Shown: piece by piece, positions 23,556 to 34,856 of the stretch
Position numbering within the stretch: position 1 is the stretch's first letter
Layout: each line of letters starts with the position of its first letter
Assembly: GCA_013239625.1 (NCBI GenBank)
Contig: MU054001.1
Location: forward strand, 496,001-560,000
DNA: 64,000 nt
Source: Lama guanicoe
Lineage: Eukaryota
Direction of reading: 5' to 3'
Made by a program: the position numbers and the translations under genes
The notes under the pieces: model-generated
Database searches by the model: none
What the model was told of the DNA's origin: nothing
The model's input: the letters and a program-made list of their open reading frames with translations, nothing else

Positions 23556-24199
23556 ACCCCCTCTGGGGGCGTGATTCTATCCCTAACTTGCTGGTTGACC
23601 CTGGGCAGTATTACTTAATCTCTCTGAGCTTCAGTTTCCTTAGAGAAGTACTAATAATATGAGATCCTCAACACTGTGTTAGGACTTCTAGGAGCCAAAA
23701 CAAAGCACAGGGCAGGGCCCCTCTGGTGTTATTCAGAAGAGGGCATACTGGTCTGGAATTCAAGGGATGTGGGTTCTCAGCCAGTCTGGGTGACCTCAGA
23801 CAAGCCACCCCACCTGCCCAGCACTTGTATTGCACGTCTGTAAAATAGGCATTACACACATGAATCAGTTGTTTGTGTTCCTAGCTATTTATACTTTGCC
23901 TGCTTCCAAAAAGGATTTGAGACAGCTTGTAATCAGATGCTGTGAAAATAGACATGGAAAAATCAAAGACCATGAGGAAGAAGAAGGAAGAGGCAAATAT
24001 ACCAGCCACACGGACCAACATAGTTTCTGTGGTTAATCTGACCCTTTTTGCCTTGGATCCCAGGAAGCTCAGGACTAAATTTATTATTCCAAAGTTACAC
24101 AATCCAGACAATTACCTGTTCAAAGAAAATCCATTCTTACCAGTTGTTCAAGAGAGACAACCTTTTTCCAGAAGGAAATTCTGAAAATAATCCACAGAT

Positions 24200-25010
24200 A
24201 CCAAACCTCAGAAAATGCTCTATAAATACTCATCTTTACATTGATTCGCTTAATAACTATTTCTTGACTAAGATGCCAGGCATGGAGAATGTTGAAGACA
24301 CAGGATGAACAAAGCTAATAAAGTAGCTGCCCTCCTGAAGTATATTTTAGTAAAGGGAAACACACAATATATAATAAACAACACCAAATCAATAAACAAG
24401 AAATGATGAGATAATAAACACAACTCCAGAAATGATAGGGTGAGGGGTGGTGAGGGGTGACACTACCTTGGAGGGTCAAGAAAGGTATCTTCGTAAAAGT
24501 AACATTTGAGCTGAGAGCTGCATGGTGAGAAAACAGAGGCCTTGACAGTGTTTGAGGAGAGAGGATATTTCAAGCAGAGGGAACAGCACATGCAAATGTC
24601 CTGGGCAGGGGGAGAACTTGGCACTTTGGAGGAAATGAAAGAAGAGTGGCAAAGCATAAGATGAGGAAGAGAAGGATATGAGAAGAGAGATGAGAAGCTA
24701 GATCATGAAATTTGGAGGTTCTCACACAGAGCTATGCATATCACGTGGGGAGCTCTTTAAACCATACCGTACTCTGGCCCCAGCCCTTGAGATGCTGATG
24801 TAGTTGGTCTAGGATGGGCCCCAGACCACAATTTGTTTCAAAAGCTGGAGAGTGATTCTGTGGGACACCAGGGTGAGAACCAATGGTGTAGGGCCTTGTG
24901 GACCATCATCAGAAGTCTGCTCACTGAGATGAGAATCCATAGGAGGAATTTAAAAGTCTTCTCTGCTGCTGGGTGGAGTATAGATCTAAATAGGGTAAGA
25001 GAGGAAGGAG
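24200..25010 (-). mobile_element. L2 (interrupted by MER5A)
   Basis: CATTTGAGCTGAGAGCTG...CAGAGGGAACAGCACATGCAAATGTCCTG antisense L2; resumes after 24887 with TGTAGGGCCTTGTGGACCAT. Confidence 0.75.
24715..24887. mobile_element. MER5A MITE
   Basis: GGTTCTCA...GAGATGCTGATGTAGTTGGTCTAGGATGGGCCCCAG...TGAGAACC inverted termini. Confidence 0.75.
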
Positions 25011-25679
25011 GGAGAAAGTTATGCCTAGGGAGCCTAGGGTATGCAGGGCCCTGGGCAAATATTTTTTCAGGGCCTCTATCTATAGAAACAATTTGAGTCA
25101 CCCAAAATCAATGAGTCAGCACCATTCTGGTGGCCAGATCTCGTAGGATCCCACAAAACAAATACTACACTGGCTAGTGTGAGTGATCTGCTTGCCAGAC
25201 TGCCCTCCTGGAACCATGGCCAGGCTCCAGGCTCCAGGAAGACCCCATAGGTATACATTATGGAGCTCCTTGGGGCATCTGATCAACTCAGTGTGTGTGT
25301 TGGGGAGGGATAGGGGGATGAGAGGGCACAAAGAAGGAGAGAGATGGGGACCATAGCCTAAACAAGTCCCTGTGTGGACTCAGGGTGCCCAGTGACACTG
25401 CCAGCCATAACTGGTTCCAGGCATTAGAAGGGGACTAAGACTTACAAATTTTCAAGAAAATGACTCCAAAGCACAGGACCCACTGAGACCCAGCACCCAG
25501 AACAAGTCTAAGGATGGCATTGGGAGAGAGCACAGGTATTGGAGATGAGAGGAAATGGCAGCGTGGGTGAAGGTAATAGCAGAGCATGAAGAAAAGTGGA
25601 TTGATCCAGGGATCCAGTATACACTGGGAGGCAGAGCTTTTCATCAGAACAGAACTTATGACAATGATAGTCATCAGAG

Positions 25680-26008
25680 CTATTGACAAATACCAGGTCT
25701 TCCTGTTTGAGGGCGCATGGTACAATCACACTTCTTTGCTCATGTCAACTTGTCTGTAGACATGTGAGTGGCTCTGGCCAATGAAACATAAGAGGACGTG
25801 ACATCACTTTAAACAGAAGTTTTGAGATGGCTCACAGCCTGCTATGTTTTGGTCCCCAGGGAGACAGTGTTGAATAGATATCCCCCCACCCCCACCCAGT
25901 GCAGATGTCACATGATTGAAAAGTCACCTCTGCTCTAGGAAGTCTGAGATTCTGAGCTGGGGAGGTATTTGTTACAGCAGCATAACCGAGCTTGTCCTGA
26001 CTGATGCA
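25680..26008 (+). mobile_element. MLT1 (MaLR) LTR
   Basis: CTCTGGCCAATGAAA...ATTTGTTACAGCAGCATAACCGAGCTTGTCCTGACTGATGCA 3' end. Confidence 0.75.
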
Positions 26009-26229
26009 CTGGCTCTTCCCTGGCCAAGACCGAGATTTCTCCCATAGTTTCCTCTTGTCCTTGGCCCACTTCCAAGCCTTATCCACTAGGCAGGACCCTA
26101 GCCCTATTAGACAGCCATTGTCTGGGCCTTCAGCAGTCTCTGGAGTGAAAACAGGCTGGTAGAGGACGTGTGCGTGGCCCTTACCCCGCAGGCTGGCCAG
26201 CCGGGGCTCCCGTGCCCCCACCCTGGCTG

Positions 26230-26510
26230 TGGGCTCATTAGATGAAAGTGCTATCACCTGTCAGACAAACTGCTAGAACTGTGATAAATTAATGATCAAA
26301 TGGTCCAGTCGGCGCAGCTACTGTACTGCCTCGGCTAGTTACAAGCCGGCCGGGTGCTTAAAAAATGCAGCCGGCATTAAAAAAAAATCAAGCGTTAAAG
26401 GAAAATGTCACCCGGCTTTTCAAAAAGGATCTGTTTTAAAATGACCACAGACGGCTCGGTTTCAGAGTCTTTATTTGATTCCTGTTCTTTGTATTTTGTT
26501 TTATTGCTCA
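26230..26510. promoter_or_regulatory. Candidate enhancer (MEIS, PBX-HOX, RUNX), CpG-retaining
   Basis: CACCTGTCA 26255-26263, TGATAAATTAAT from 26282, ACCACA 26444-26449. Confidence 0.55.
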
Positions 26511-28239
26511 CAAGGAAGGAAGGGGAGGGAGGTGGTGGAGTCGGGAGAGGACAGAAGGAAGGTTGGAATTTTTTTGACAATTTCTATCAGCCTCTAGTCT
26601 CCAGGAGCATCTGATGAGGGATTCAGACCCTCTTGACAAACACAGAGAGGTTCTTCCCAGGGCCCAGCTGGGTTGAGTGTCTGAGCAGTAATTATCACAC
26701 AAATAGAATAGTTAACACTTTTTTTTTAACTAAGATCATTGCTTTCTTCTTTCATTTACTCAGCTTAATAGCTCTACTAAATGGATAGCTGTATCCCCAT
26801 TTGTCAGATTAAAAAAAAAAAGATATTCAAAAAGTTCCCTTGGTTAACATTCTTTGAGTGCTAACCATGTACACTTTATATGTACCATCTCATACAACTG
26901 CTACCGTGGACCTGCATGGATACTAACATGATCTTCATTTTAGAGACGGAAGGGAGGATCAGAGAGGTTAAGTCACTTTCCCATAGTCACACAGCCCATA
27001 AGTGGTAAAGGGTGGAGCTCCACAGTTGTTTCTGGTTCCTGGGTCCCTGAAATCCATCCCTGAAGGCTTATGGGTCAATTTCTAAAAAGAAATAAGGAAA
27101 AGACTTCTCTTGACTTAAAACCCAGGCCGAAACCTGTACTTCTAATCATGGTGAATACTCATTACATAAATGTATAGGTTTCCTCTGTGAGTGTGTCAGC
27201 CCCTCCTGGTCCTTCCACCTCCAGTTTTATGAGCTTAATTTATTCTTTTTAATATAAAATCTCATTACCTGAACATGCTACCACCGCTTCCACTTTATCT
27301 TTGATATAAGAACAGAGAGAAACCTAAATCAAACCTTTAAATAAAGTCTATAATCATGCAGCGCTTTCACTCGCTTTTCAAATTTCTAAACAAAATTAAG
27401 TCAAAATACCTCGAGGAGAGGAGTGTGGAAAGGGAAGGGGAGTCAGTGTGGGGGAGAGCCCCGCACGTGGCTTTGCTCGGCAGCCACCGGGGATGTGATT
27501 ACTCAGAGAAGAAAACCAGCTTCTGCTTGATGCTTGGCTCCTGTTATTCTTTGCCTCCCTGGCCCAGGTTTGGAGCGGGAATCAAATGCATTCCTCCTGA
27601 ACCCGTATGTGCTGGGGATTGATCTCGAAAAGCCATTTGCCTCACCTTGATGTATATTTCAAGGCATTTCCTATCCAGCGTTAGTTTTCATAAAGGGAAA
27701 ATTGATGATCAGTTTAAAGAAACATAGTCGAGGGTTTTTATTCCCCAGGAGCCTGAGGTGGGCAAGTTGAGGCCAAGGGGGGTCTTGGTAGCTGAGGGTG
27801 GCAGGGGTTCCTGGGAGAAGGAGCTGCTTCCTGACCTCAGGAAGCATGGATTTGAACCAGATACGAGCGTACACAGAGAGAGAATTTCAGCTCTGCTGCT
27901 TGCCTTGCAGGTAACTGTGGGCAAGACAAGTCAGCACTCTAGTCCCCCACCTCAGTTTCCCCATCTGTGAAATGGGGATGAACACATAAACTTAAAATAA
28001 TATATGGGAAAGTGTCCAACCTGTGTCCACACACACGGTGAGTGATACCTGTTGTCAAAGCTGGGCACGAAGAGCTGGACCCCTTCTTTCCTGCCTTTAG
28101 CACATCACTTATCTCAGGATCTGGCCAAAGTCTCTTCCTCTTCCAGGGAGGCTTCCTTGCTTTTGGATACCGGATCTGAAACATCCATGATTTCACTTTC
28201 TTTAGACTTTAGGTAAATAGCACGCATCATTGCAGCTTC

Positions 28240-28433
28240 CAGGAGCAAGCAGGCTCTGATGTCGGCCAGACCTGAGTCCAAACCCTGGCTTGCCATGTCC
28301 TCAGTCATGACCTTGGGAAAGTCATTTAACCTCTGGTACCTCAATTTCTTTTCTGTAAAATGAAAAAATTTCCCAGAGTCCTGCTTCATGGCTATTGTTT
28401 AGATTAAATGAGTTAATTGCTGTTAAAGAGCTT
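28240..28433 (+). mobile_element. MIR split by an L1 (3' part resumes at ~29089-29145)
   Basis: CAGACCTGAGTCCAAACCCTGG...GACCTTGGGAAAGTCATTTAACCTCTGG...GATTAAATGAGTTAAT. Confidence 0.85.
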
Positions 28434-28443
28434 AAAAAAAGTG

Positions 28444-29088
28444 TCCTGGGTAATTTGATAGGGATTGCATTAAATCTGTAGATTGCCTTGGGCAGTGTGA
28501 CCATTTTAACAATATTGATTCTTCCAATCCAAGAGCATGGGATATCTTTCCATTTTTTAAAGTCTCCTTTAATTTCCTTCATCAATAGTTTATAGTTTTC
28601 TGTGTATAATTCTTTCACTTCCTTGGTTAGATTTTATACAATGGAATACTACTCAGCCATAAAAACCAGCAACATAACGCCATTTGCAGCAACATGGATG
28701 CTCCTGGAGAATGTCATTCTAAGTGAAGTAAGCCAGAAAGAGAAAGAAAAATACCATATGTGATCGCTTATATGTGGAATCTAAAAAAACAAACAAACAA
28801 AGCATAAATACAAAACAGAAATAGAATCACAGACATAGAATACAAACTTGTGATTGCCAAGGGGGCGGGGGGTGGGAAGATATAGGCTGGGATTTCAAAA
28901 TTGTAGAATAGATAAACAAGATTATACTATATAGCACAGGGAAATATATACAAGATCTTATGGTAGCTCACAGAGAAAAAAATGTGACAGCGAATATATA
29001 TATATGTTCATGTAAAACTGAAAAATTGTGCTCTACACTGGAATTTGACACAACATTGTAAAATGATTATAAATCAATAAAAAATGTT
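28444..29088 (+). mobile_element. Young camelid-type L1 with inverted 5' segment (twin priming)
   Basis: 28444-~28635 is antisense ORF2 ([16 protein letters not shown]...[17 protein letters not shown]...[16 protein letters not shown]); ~28636-29088 is sense ORF2 end (TMEYYSAIK) + 3' UTR; TSD AAAAAAAGTG 28434-28443 and 29089-29098. Confidence 0.93.
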
Positions 29089-29639
29089 AAAAAAAGTGCT
29101 TGACACAGAACAAATCTCAATCACGATTAATTAATATTATCAGTGCTACTACGGTCATCTCAAAGCAGCTTCAATGGCTGTGCGTGTGTGTGTGTTTATT
29201 AGTCTTATGTAGGTGATGTTTTTTACTGAAGTTTGCAAACAGAAATACGAACATACCAGAAACTGAAAATTTTTCACGAAGCAAACACTCTTGTGTAACC
29301 GGCATCCAGATCAAGACACAGAACACCACCAGCTCCTGGGAGGAGCCGCTTGTACCTCTCCCAGGAGGAGCTGTCTCCTGGAATAGGTCGAATTTGGGAA
29401 GATGCCAGTTGGATGGTCAATCCTAGAACAAATACTTGGCCAAGTTGGGTAGATGGACAAGGCCTAGACAGGCTGTGATGAAAGCCCTCACGGATATTTT
29501 TATCTAAAACAGACCCCAGGTCTAGCCTCTGTCTCCAGCTGGCTGTGAGACTAATCCCTTTCTCTCTCTGGGCCTCAATCTCCCCTTCGACACAAAGAGG
29601 CACTTGGTTGAGATAACCTCTTATAGCTCTAAGGTTGTA

Positions 29640-29800
29640 TTTAGTCATTCATTGACTTAAATATCTGAGCACCTACTATGTGCCCGGTGCTGTCCTAGGT
29701 ACTTAAGACACAGCAGTAAACAAAATAAATACCCATCCCTGTCCTGAAGAATTCCACATTCTAGCAGGTGGAAATGTACCATCAATACTAGACATAATAA
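29640..29800 (-). mobile_element. L2 3' end
   Basis: TCATTCATT...AATATCTGAGCACCTACTATGTGCCCGGTGCTGTCCTAGG. Confidence 0.8.
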
Positions 29801-31359
29801 GTCATTACATGTGATTCTGTGATTCCAGGGGCGTGCCCCAGCTAGCGGTTAAAGGGTAGCCATCTGCTACAACTGTCTTGCTTCTCCAGTCCCCCTGGGT
29901 TTGTGTCATGGCCAGGCCACAGGTGGCTTCAAAACTGATTTTTCTGAACCGTTTTGCTGGCGTGTGAGCGTCAGAGTCTCTCCCTGAGGGGGTTGAAGGT
30001 GCTGGGAGAGATTTTCCCATCTACATCATTTTTCCCAATTTGTCCAAAGGAGGACAAAACATTGCAGACGCATGAAAGGATCGCCATAGAAATGAACAGC
30101 CCCTAGCTTCTGAGATAGAGTTGAAGCTCTTTGTAACCATCCCTGATTGCGCGGAGGTATGAATTCTCCTGATAAGGAGCTCCGCCCCGCCCCCCTGCTC
30201 TGCAGATTCGAAGGAACCAGTTCCCACGTCCCTCCAACACCTGCCATTTTCCTGAAAATGAGCACTTTGCCTCAGGGATCCCCTGCTTTCTGCCCAGAGA
30301 AAGATCTCATCAAATGCACGGAGGCCTTGGAGACGTTCCCTCGGCAGGATGAACACCTCGCTGCCATTCTTCCCCCCCGGGAGCAGGGGGCATATGGGGC
30401 GAGGGGAGGCGGGGTGCACAGGCTGAGCCGGCCAGAGGTGAGCCCAGTCTGGGTGGAAGAGGCGATAAGAGGCTAGTGGGCTGTGGGAGTGAGGCAGCAG
30501 AGACCAGGCAAAGGCTGGCGTTAAATACCTTCGGGGGAAGCCAACTGTGAGAAATGGTCCTTGAGTAATGGGATCAGGGGTGATACTCCAATTATTTAAT
30601 GAATGCATTGCATGCCCCCCTCGCCCCCCGACCAGGCTTTCTGGAGCAGGTTCCGGGTGGCCCAGGCTGGGTCAGGCTTTCCACTTTACTTGCTGGAGAG
30701 CCTGGAGCCGCAGGGTGGGAAGGCCCTCAGGGACTTGCTATAGCAGCTATTTGCCAACTGGTTGAATACATTTTAATATTTTAACAACCAATGTGACCTG
30801 GGCTAGAACAGCAGACACCTAGGCCTTGAGTGTGAAGAGTCCTGGAGAAAGAACATTAATGTCAGGCTCATCCTTGAGAAGAGGAACTTCTATCCCACCT
30901 TGAGTTTGAGGGTCTAACTTTATTTCAAGCACAGAAAAAAGGCAGTTTTCTGACATCAGTAGCCATTTCAGGCATGAGTGATACAAGGCTGCCAGTTGGC
31001 TGCCTGTAATCCACACACCAATTTGTTGAAAACAGAGTATTTTCTTTAAAAACTGTCATTAGTTGTACACATTTCTAAATGGGAGAAAAATAAAAAAAAA
31101 TTTAAATCTGATCTTCCAGTTTCTCTTAGCAAAACAGAAGAGGGAACCGCTGTGGACCCAGCCAGCCTTACCCAGTACCTGGAGCAGCATGGGGGCTGCT
31201 CGCCCAGATACCGTGTGTGCACACTCCGGGTTGCCCAGGTCCCTCTCCAACCCACTTCACTTGGTGATGTTTCCTGCCAGGCTCTGAGTTTGTCACTGCT
31301 GAGAAAACAGAAAAAGAAGAAGATCTGAAGCCCGGAAGGCCAGCGTTAATGTCTTAATC

Positions 31360-31740
31360 CTGCCCTTCCTGAATTCATCTAAACTCTTGGAATTTCAGTT
31401 ACTCCATCTGTCAAATACAGATCATAATCATTTCTTCTTCAAGAGTGGTTGTGAGGATCCAATAAATTGTACAAATCCTTGAGAGGCAGGACCACACGGA
31501 GATAAAGGGCAGAGGTATCAGAATCCGATCATGTTTAAATCCTGAGTTTGTCACGACCAGGCTGCATGACCCTGGACATATCCTTTAACCATCCTGTGCC
31601 TCATTTTTCTCATCTGTAAAATGGTTATGAGTGAAGGTCAACTGACAGGCTGTTGTGAGGATTCTGTGGATTAACACATGCGGACGGCTTAGCACGCTGC
31701 TACATCATATGTGCTCAATAAATGTGCATTATCATTATAA
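31360..31740 (+). mobile_element. Two tandem MIRs
   Basis: TCAGTTACTCCATCTGTCAAA and TGCCTCATTTTTCTCATCTGTAAAATGG cores. Confidence 0.75.
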
Positions 31741-32899
31741 TAATTATTCAAATTACTCTTACTATAATCTAACTTGCTCTTTTTGTGCAGCTGAAACTTA
31801 TACCCCTGGATCCGGGCAGAAGATCTGTCTGCAGAATATCACAAGAGCAATCTCTCTTCACCCAGAATATTATCCCAAGGGAGGATAAATCGTTAAGTTG
31901 GGAAATTATTATTTAAAATAATACTCATGTTAGTAAAATAAAAGCCAGTCAACCAATAATCATTATTGTGTTCAGTGGTGCTCTTTGGGGGTACTTTTTA
32001 TACAGTCCCCCAAAATGCTTCACAAATCAGAAAACTCAATGGTGTAATAGCTCTCCATTCATCCTTTAAGCATCTTCCTAGGATGTCTTTCTGCTGTGAG
32101 CAGACTGTGGAGCTATATTTTGAGGACAAAATAAAAAGTCTTAAACCATCAACCCTGGGCATCTTTATTGAGTATGGAGCTGTGCTGGAAAGCTGCTTAG
32201 AATGTGTACAAAACCAGTCTTTTGTCCCACAGCAGGAACGTGACCATGTCCCTCGCATTCTGCGACAAAAGCAGACTCTCTCCCCTGCCCAGAAGCAATC
32301 TGAGGAGAAGTCATCTTAATGGCCCATCTCTGATCGGAAGAAAATGAACAGGATGACAAATGAGGGTCAGGCAGCCTGGGAACTTGTCAAGGATGGAAAC
32401 CAATCAGATGCTTCCCTCCGTGATGAAAATCCGTTCCCCCGTGTATCATGCCTACTCCCTCACCTGTGCCCCTGTTCCCAGCAGGTTGTGCACATGGTGG
32501 GTGCTTTTGAAGTCCAGCCAGTGGCCTCCCAGTGGCCTCCCAGTCTCCACTTGTTTAACGCTTACTGCAAAACACACCAGCCCCGGCAGCATGAGCCATT
32601 ATCATTTTTGCCCTGGGAGAGAAAAGCAGAGATCTGAAACAGCTCTGGGAGATCCAAACAGGGAATATTTAAAATACCAAAGGAATAGGAAATAGGGTCG
32701 GAGGCATTTCTTTAATTTGCCACCTTTGTGGCAGCAACAGGAAGTGTTTTTTGAGCACTTTAGGCAGAAGGGAGGGCCGAGAAAGCAGGGATGATGTAGG
32801 GAGCCACGGTGCTGCTGGTAGGAGGCAGGATGTAGAAGGTGGTAAAGAGCAGAGTTCAGAAAGGCCCCCTCCTACCGAAACCCAAATCACCGAGGTCAC

Positions 32900-33037
32900 A
32901 AGCACAGACTCGTGTGCATGCCCTGGGCATCTTGTTAAAATGCAGATTCCGACCCAGCAGGTCACGGGTGGGGCCCAAGTTTTTGCATCTCCAACCTGAT
33001 GCTGCTGGTCTGAGGATGCCACTCTGAGTAACAAGGG
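32900..33037. mobile_element. MER5A1 MITE
   Basis: CTGGGCATCTTGTTAAAATGCAGATTCCGAC...GATGCTGCTGGTCTGAGGATGCCACTCTGAGTAACAAGG. Confidence 0.75.
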
Positions 33038-33129
33038 TCAGAGGGCTGGTCTTGAAGCTGGAGTTGCAGTTTTTACTTAGGTTGTGCCTGATTTGGAGAG
33101 GTCTTGGGATATCTGATGGAGATTATCAA

Positions 33130-33459
33130 GGGGCTACAATCCATCATGACTTCCCTTTGCCTTCAGAATCGAGTTCAAACTTCTTCCTAAGACCTGCAGA
33201 GCCTGCAGCATCCACCCTAGACCCCTCTGTGGCTTACTGCCCCCAGGTCCACATCCTGTCCATCTCAACCTGACAGTGCAGAAACCAGCCATCTGAACTG
33301 CTTGTAGTGTCTGAACACCTCCACACTCTGACCTTTCCAGGCCTTTGCACATGCTGTTCCTTCTGCGTGGAACCCCAATGCCCAAATCTCTGTAGGGTGA
33401 AATACTCTGCATTCAGGTTTCAATTCAGATGACTCTTCCTCCAGGAAGCCTTCCCTGAC
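33130..33459 (+). mobile_element. L2 fragment
   Basis: CAGGCCTTTGCACATGCTGTTCCTTCTGCGTGGAAC...TTCCTCCAGGAAGCCTTCCCTGAC. Confidence 0.8.
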
Positions 33460-34083
33460 TGTGAGGATTAATTTTGTGTGTCAACTTGACAGGGCCATGG
33501 AGTGCCCAGATATTTGGTCAGGCATTATTCTAAGTGTGTCCGTGAGGGTGTTTCTGGATGAGATTAACATTTGAAGCCATAGAACCAAGCAGATTGCCCT
33601 CCCCAGGGTAGGTGGGCCTCACCCAATCTGTTGAAGGCCTGACTAGAACAAAAAGGCTGACATTTGGAGTGAGGGACACCTCCCCCCGAATGACTGCCTT
33701 CCAGCTAGAACAATGTTTTTTTTCCCCTGCCTTTGAACTTGAACTGAAACATCTGCTCTTCCTGGGTCTTTAGGCTGTCAGCTTTCAGATTAGAGCTATA
33801 TCATCGGCCCTCCTGGGTTTTTAGTTTGCTGACTGCATATCCTGGAACTTGTCAGCTCCCATAATCACATGAACCAATTCCTTAGGAAAAAGAAAAGAAA
33901 AAAATACATATGTATGTGTGTATGTATGTGTCTGTATATGTATATATATCTGTATACACACATATATATTATTGTATATACACATGTGTACATATACATA
34001 TATACATACATATACACACACACCTATATATATTCTGTTGGTTTCTGTTGATTTTCTTTCTCTGGAGAAACTTGACTAACCCA
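33460..34083 (+). mobile_element. MLT2 (ERVL) solo LTR with internal (TA/TG)n tract
   Basis: TGTGAGGATTAATTTTGTGTGTCAACTTGAC start; TCTCTGGAGAAACTTGACTAACCCA end; simple repeat ~33905-34032. Confidence 0.88.
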
Positions 34084-34174
34084 GCATTTTTGCTCTCATT
34101 TCTGTTTTTCTTATGTTTTCAGTTTATAGCAGAGATTTCACCTTGTACCAGTAAAAATACCATAGTTGCATTTT

Positions 34175-34499
34175 AGAGCTTTCCATCCAATAAGATAGCC
34201 ACTAGCTCTGGGTGGCTATTGAGCATTTGAAATAAGGAAGCGTGAACTGAGAGGTCCTGTCAGTGTAAAACACACATCAGAATTTGAAGACTTAGTATGA
34301 AAAAAGAATATAAAATCTTCTTAATAATTTATTGTATCGATTACCTGTTGAAATCATAATAATGGTGATATGTTGGGTTAAATCGAATATATTATTAAAA
34401 TTAACTTCACCTTTTTCCTCTTTCCTTTCTAAAGTAATTACTAGAAAATATCAAGCTATATGTTCACCTCATGTTTATATTTCTGGTAGATGGTGCTGG
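34175..34499. mobile_element. MER33 hAT-Charlie MITE
   Basis: ATAGCCACTAGC...GTGGCTATTGAGCATTTGAAAT...GAATTTGAAGACTTAGTATGAAAAAAGAAT. Confidence 0.8.
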
Positions 34500-34633
34500 T
34501 TTAGAGTAAGACAGAGTGAAAGGTTCAGATCCAACCAAGCTGAAAATGCTGGAAATTATCGGAGCCTCCCAAGCTCCAAAAGTTGAATTCCCTCAAGATG
34601 GTTTCATAATAAAATATATCTTAGGCACTAGAG

Positions 34634-34856
34634 TAGGGATGAGCAACCCACAGCCAGGGGGCCAAATCCAGCCTGCCACTTGCTTTGTAAATAAAGTTTT
34701 ATTGAAACGGAGGCATGCTTATTCCTTCACATATTGTCTAAGGCTGCCTTCACGCTATCACAGAAGGATCCAGTAATTGCAACAGAGACCATCTGGGTTG
34801 CACAGCTTAACATAGTTACCATCTGGCCCTTTTTGAAAAAGTATGCCAGTCCCTGG
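34634..34856. mobile_element. MER58A MITE
   Basis: GGCCAAATCCAGCCTGCCACTTGCTTTGTAAATAAAGTTTTATTGAAAC...ATCTGGCCCTTT...CCCTG. Confidence 0.85.

Noticed and set aside
23850..24200. Possible ancient repeat or conserved element
   Set aside because: TTCCAAAAAGGATTTGAGACAGCTT looks like an old interspersed repeat, but I cannot assign a family or boundaries
28322..28618. 98-aa ORF with clear similarity to L1 ORF2 downstream of the RT core
   Set aside because: Inverted fragment of an L1 that reads on into a MIR; not a gene
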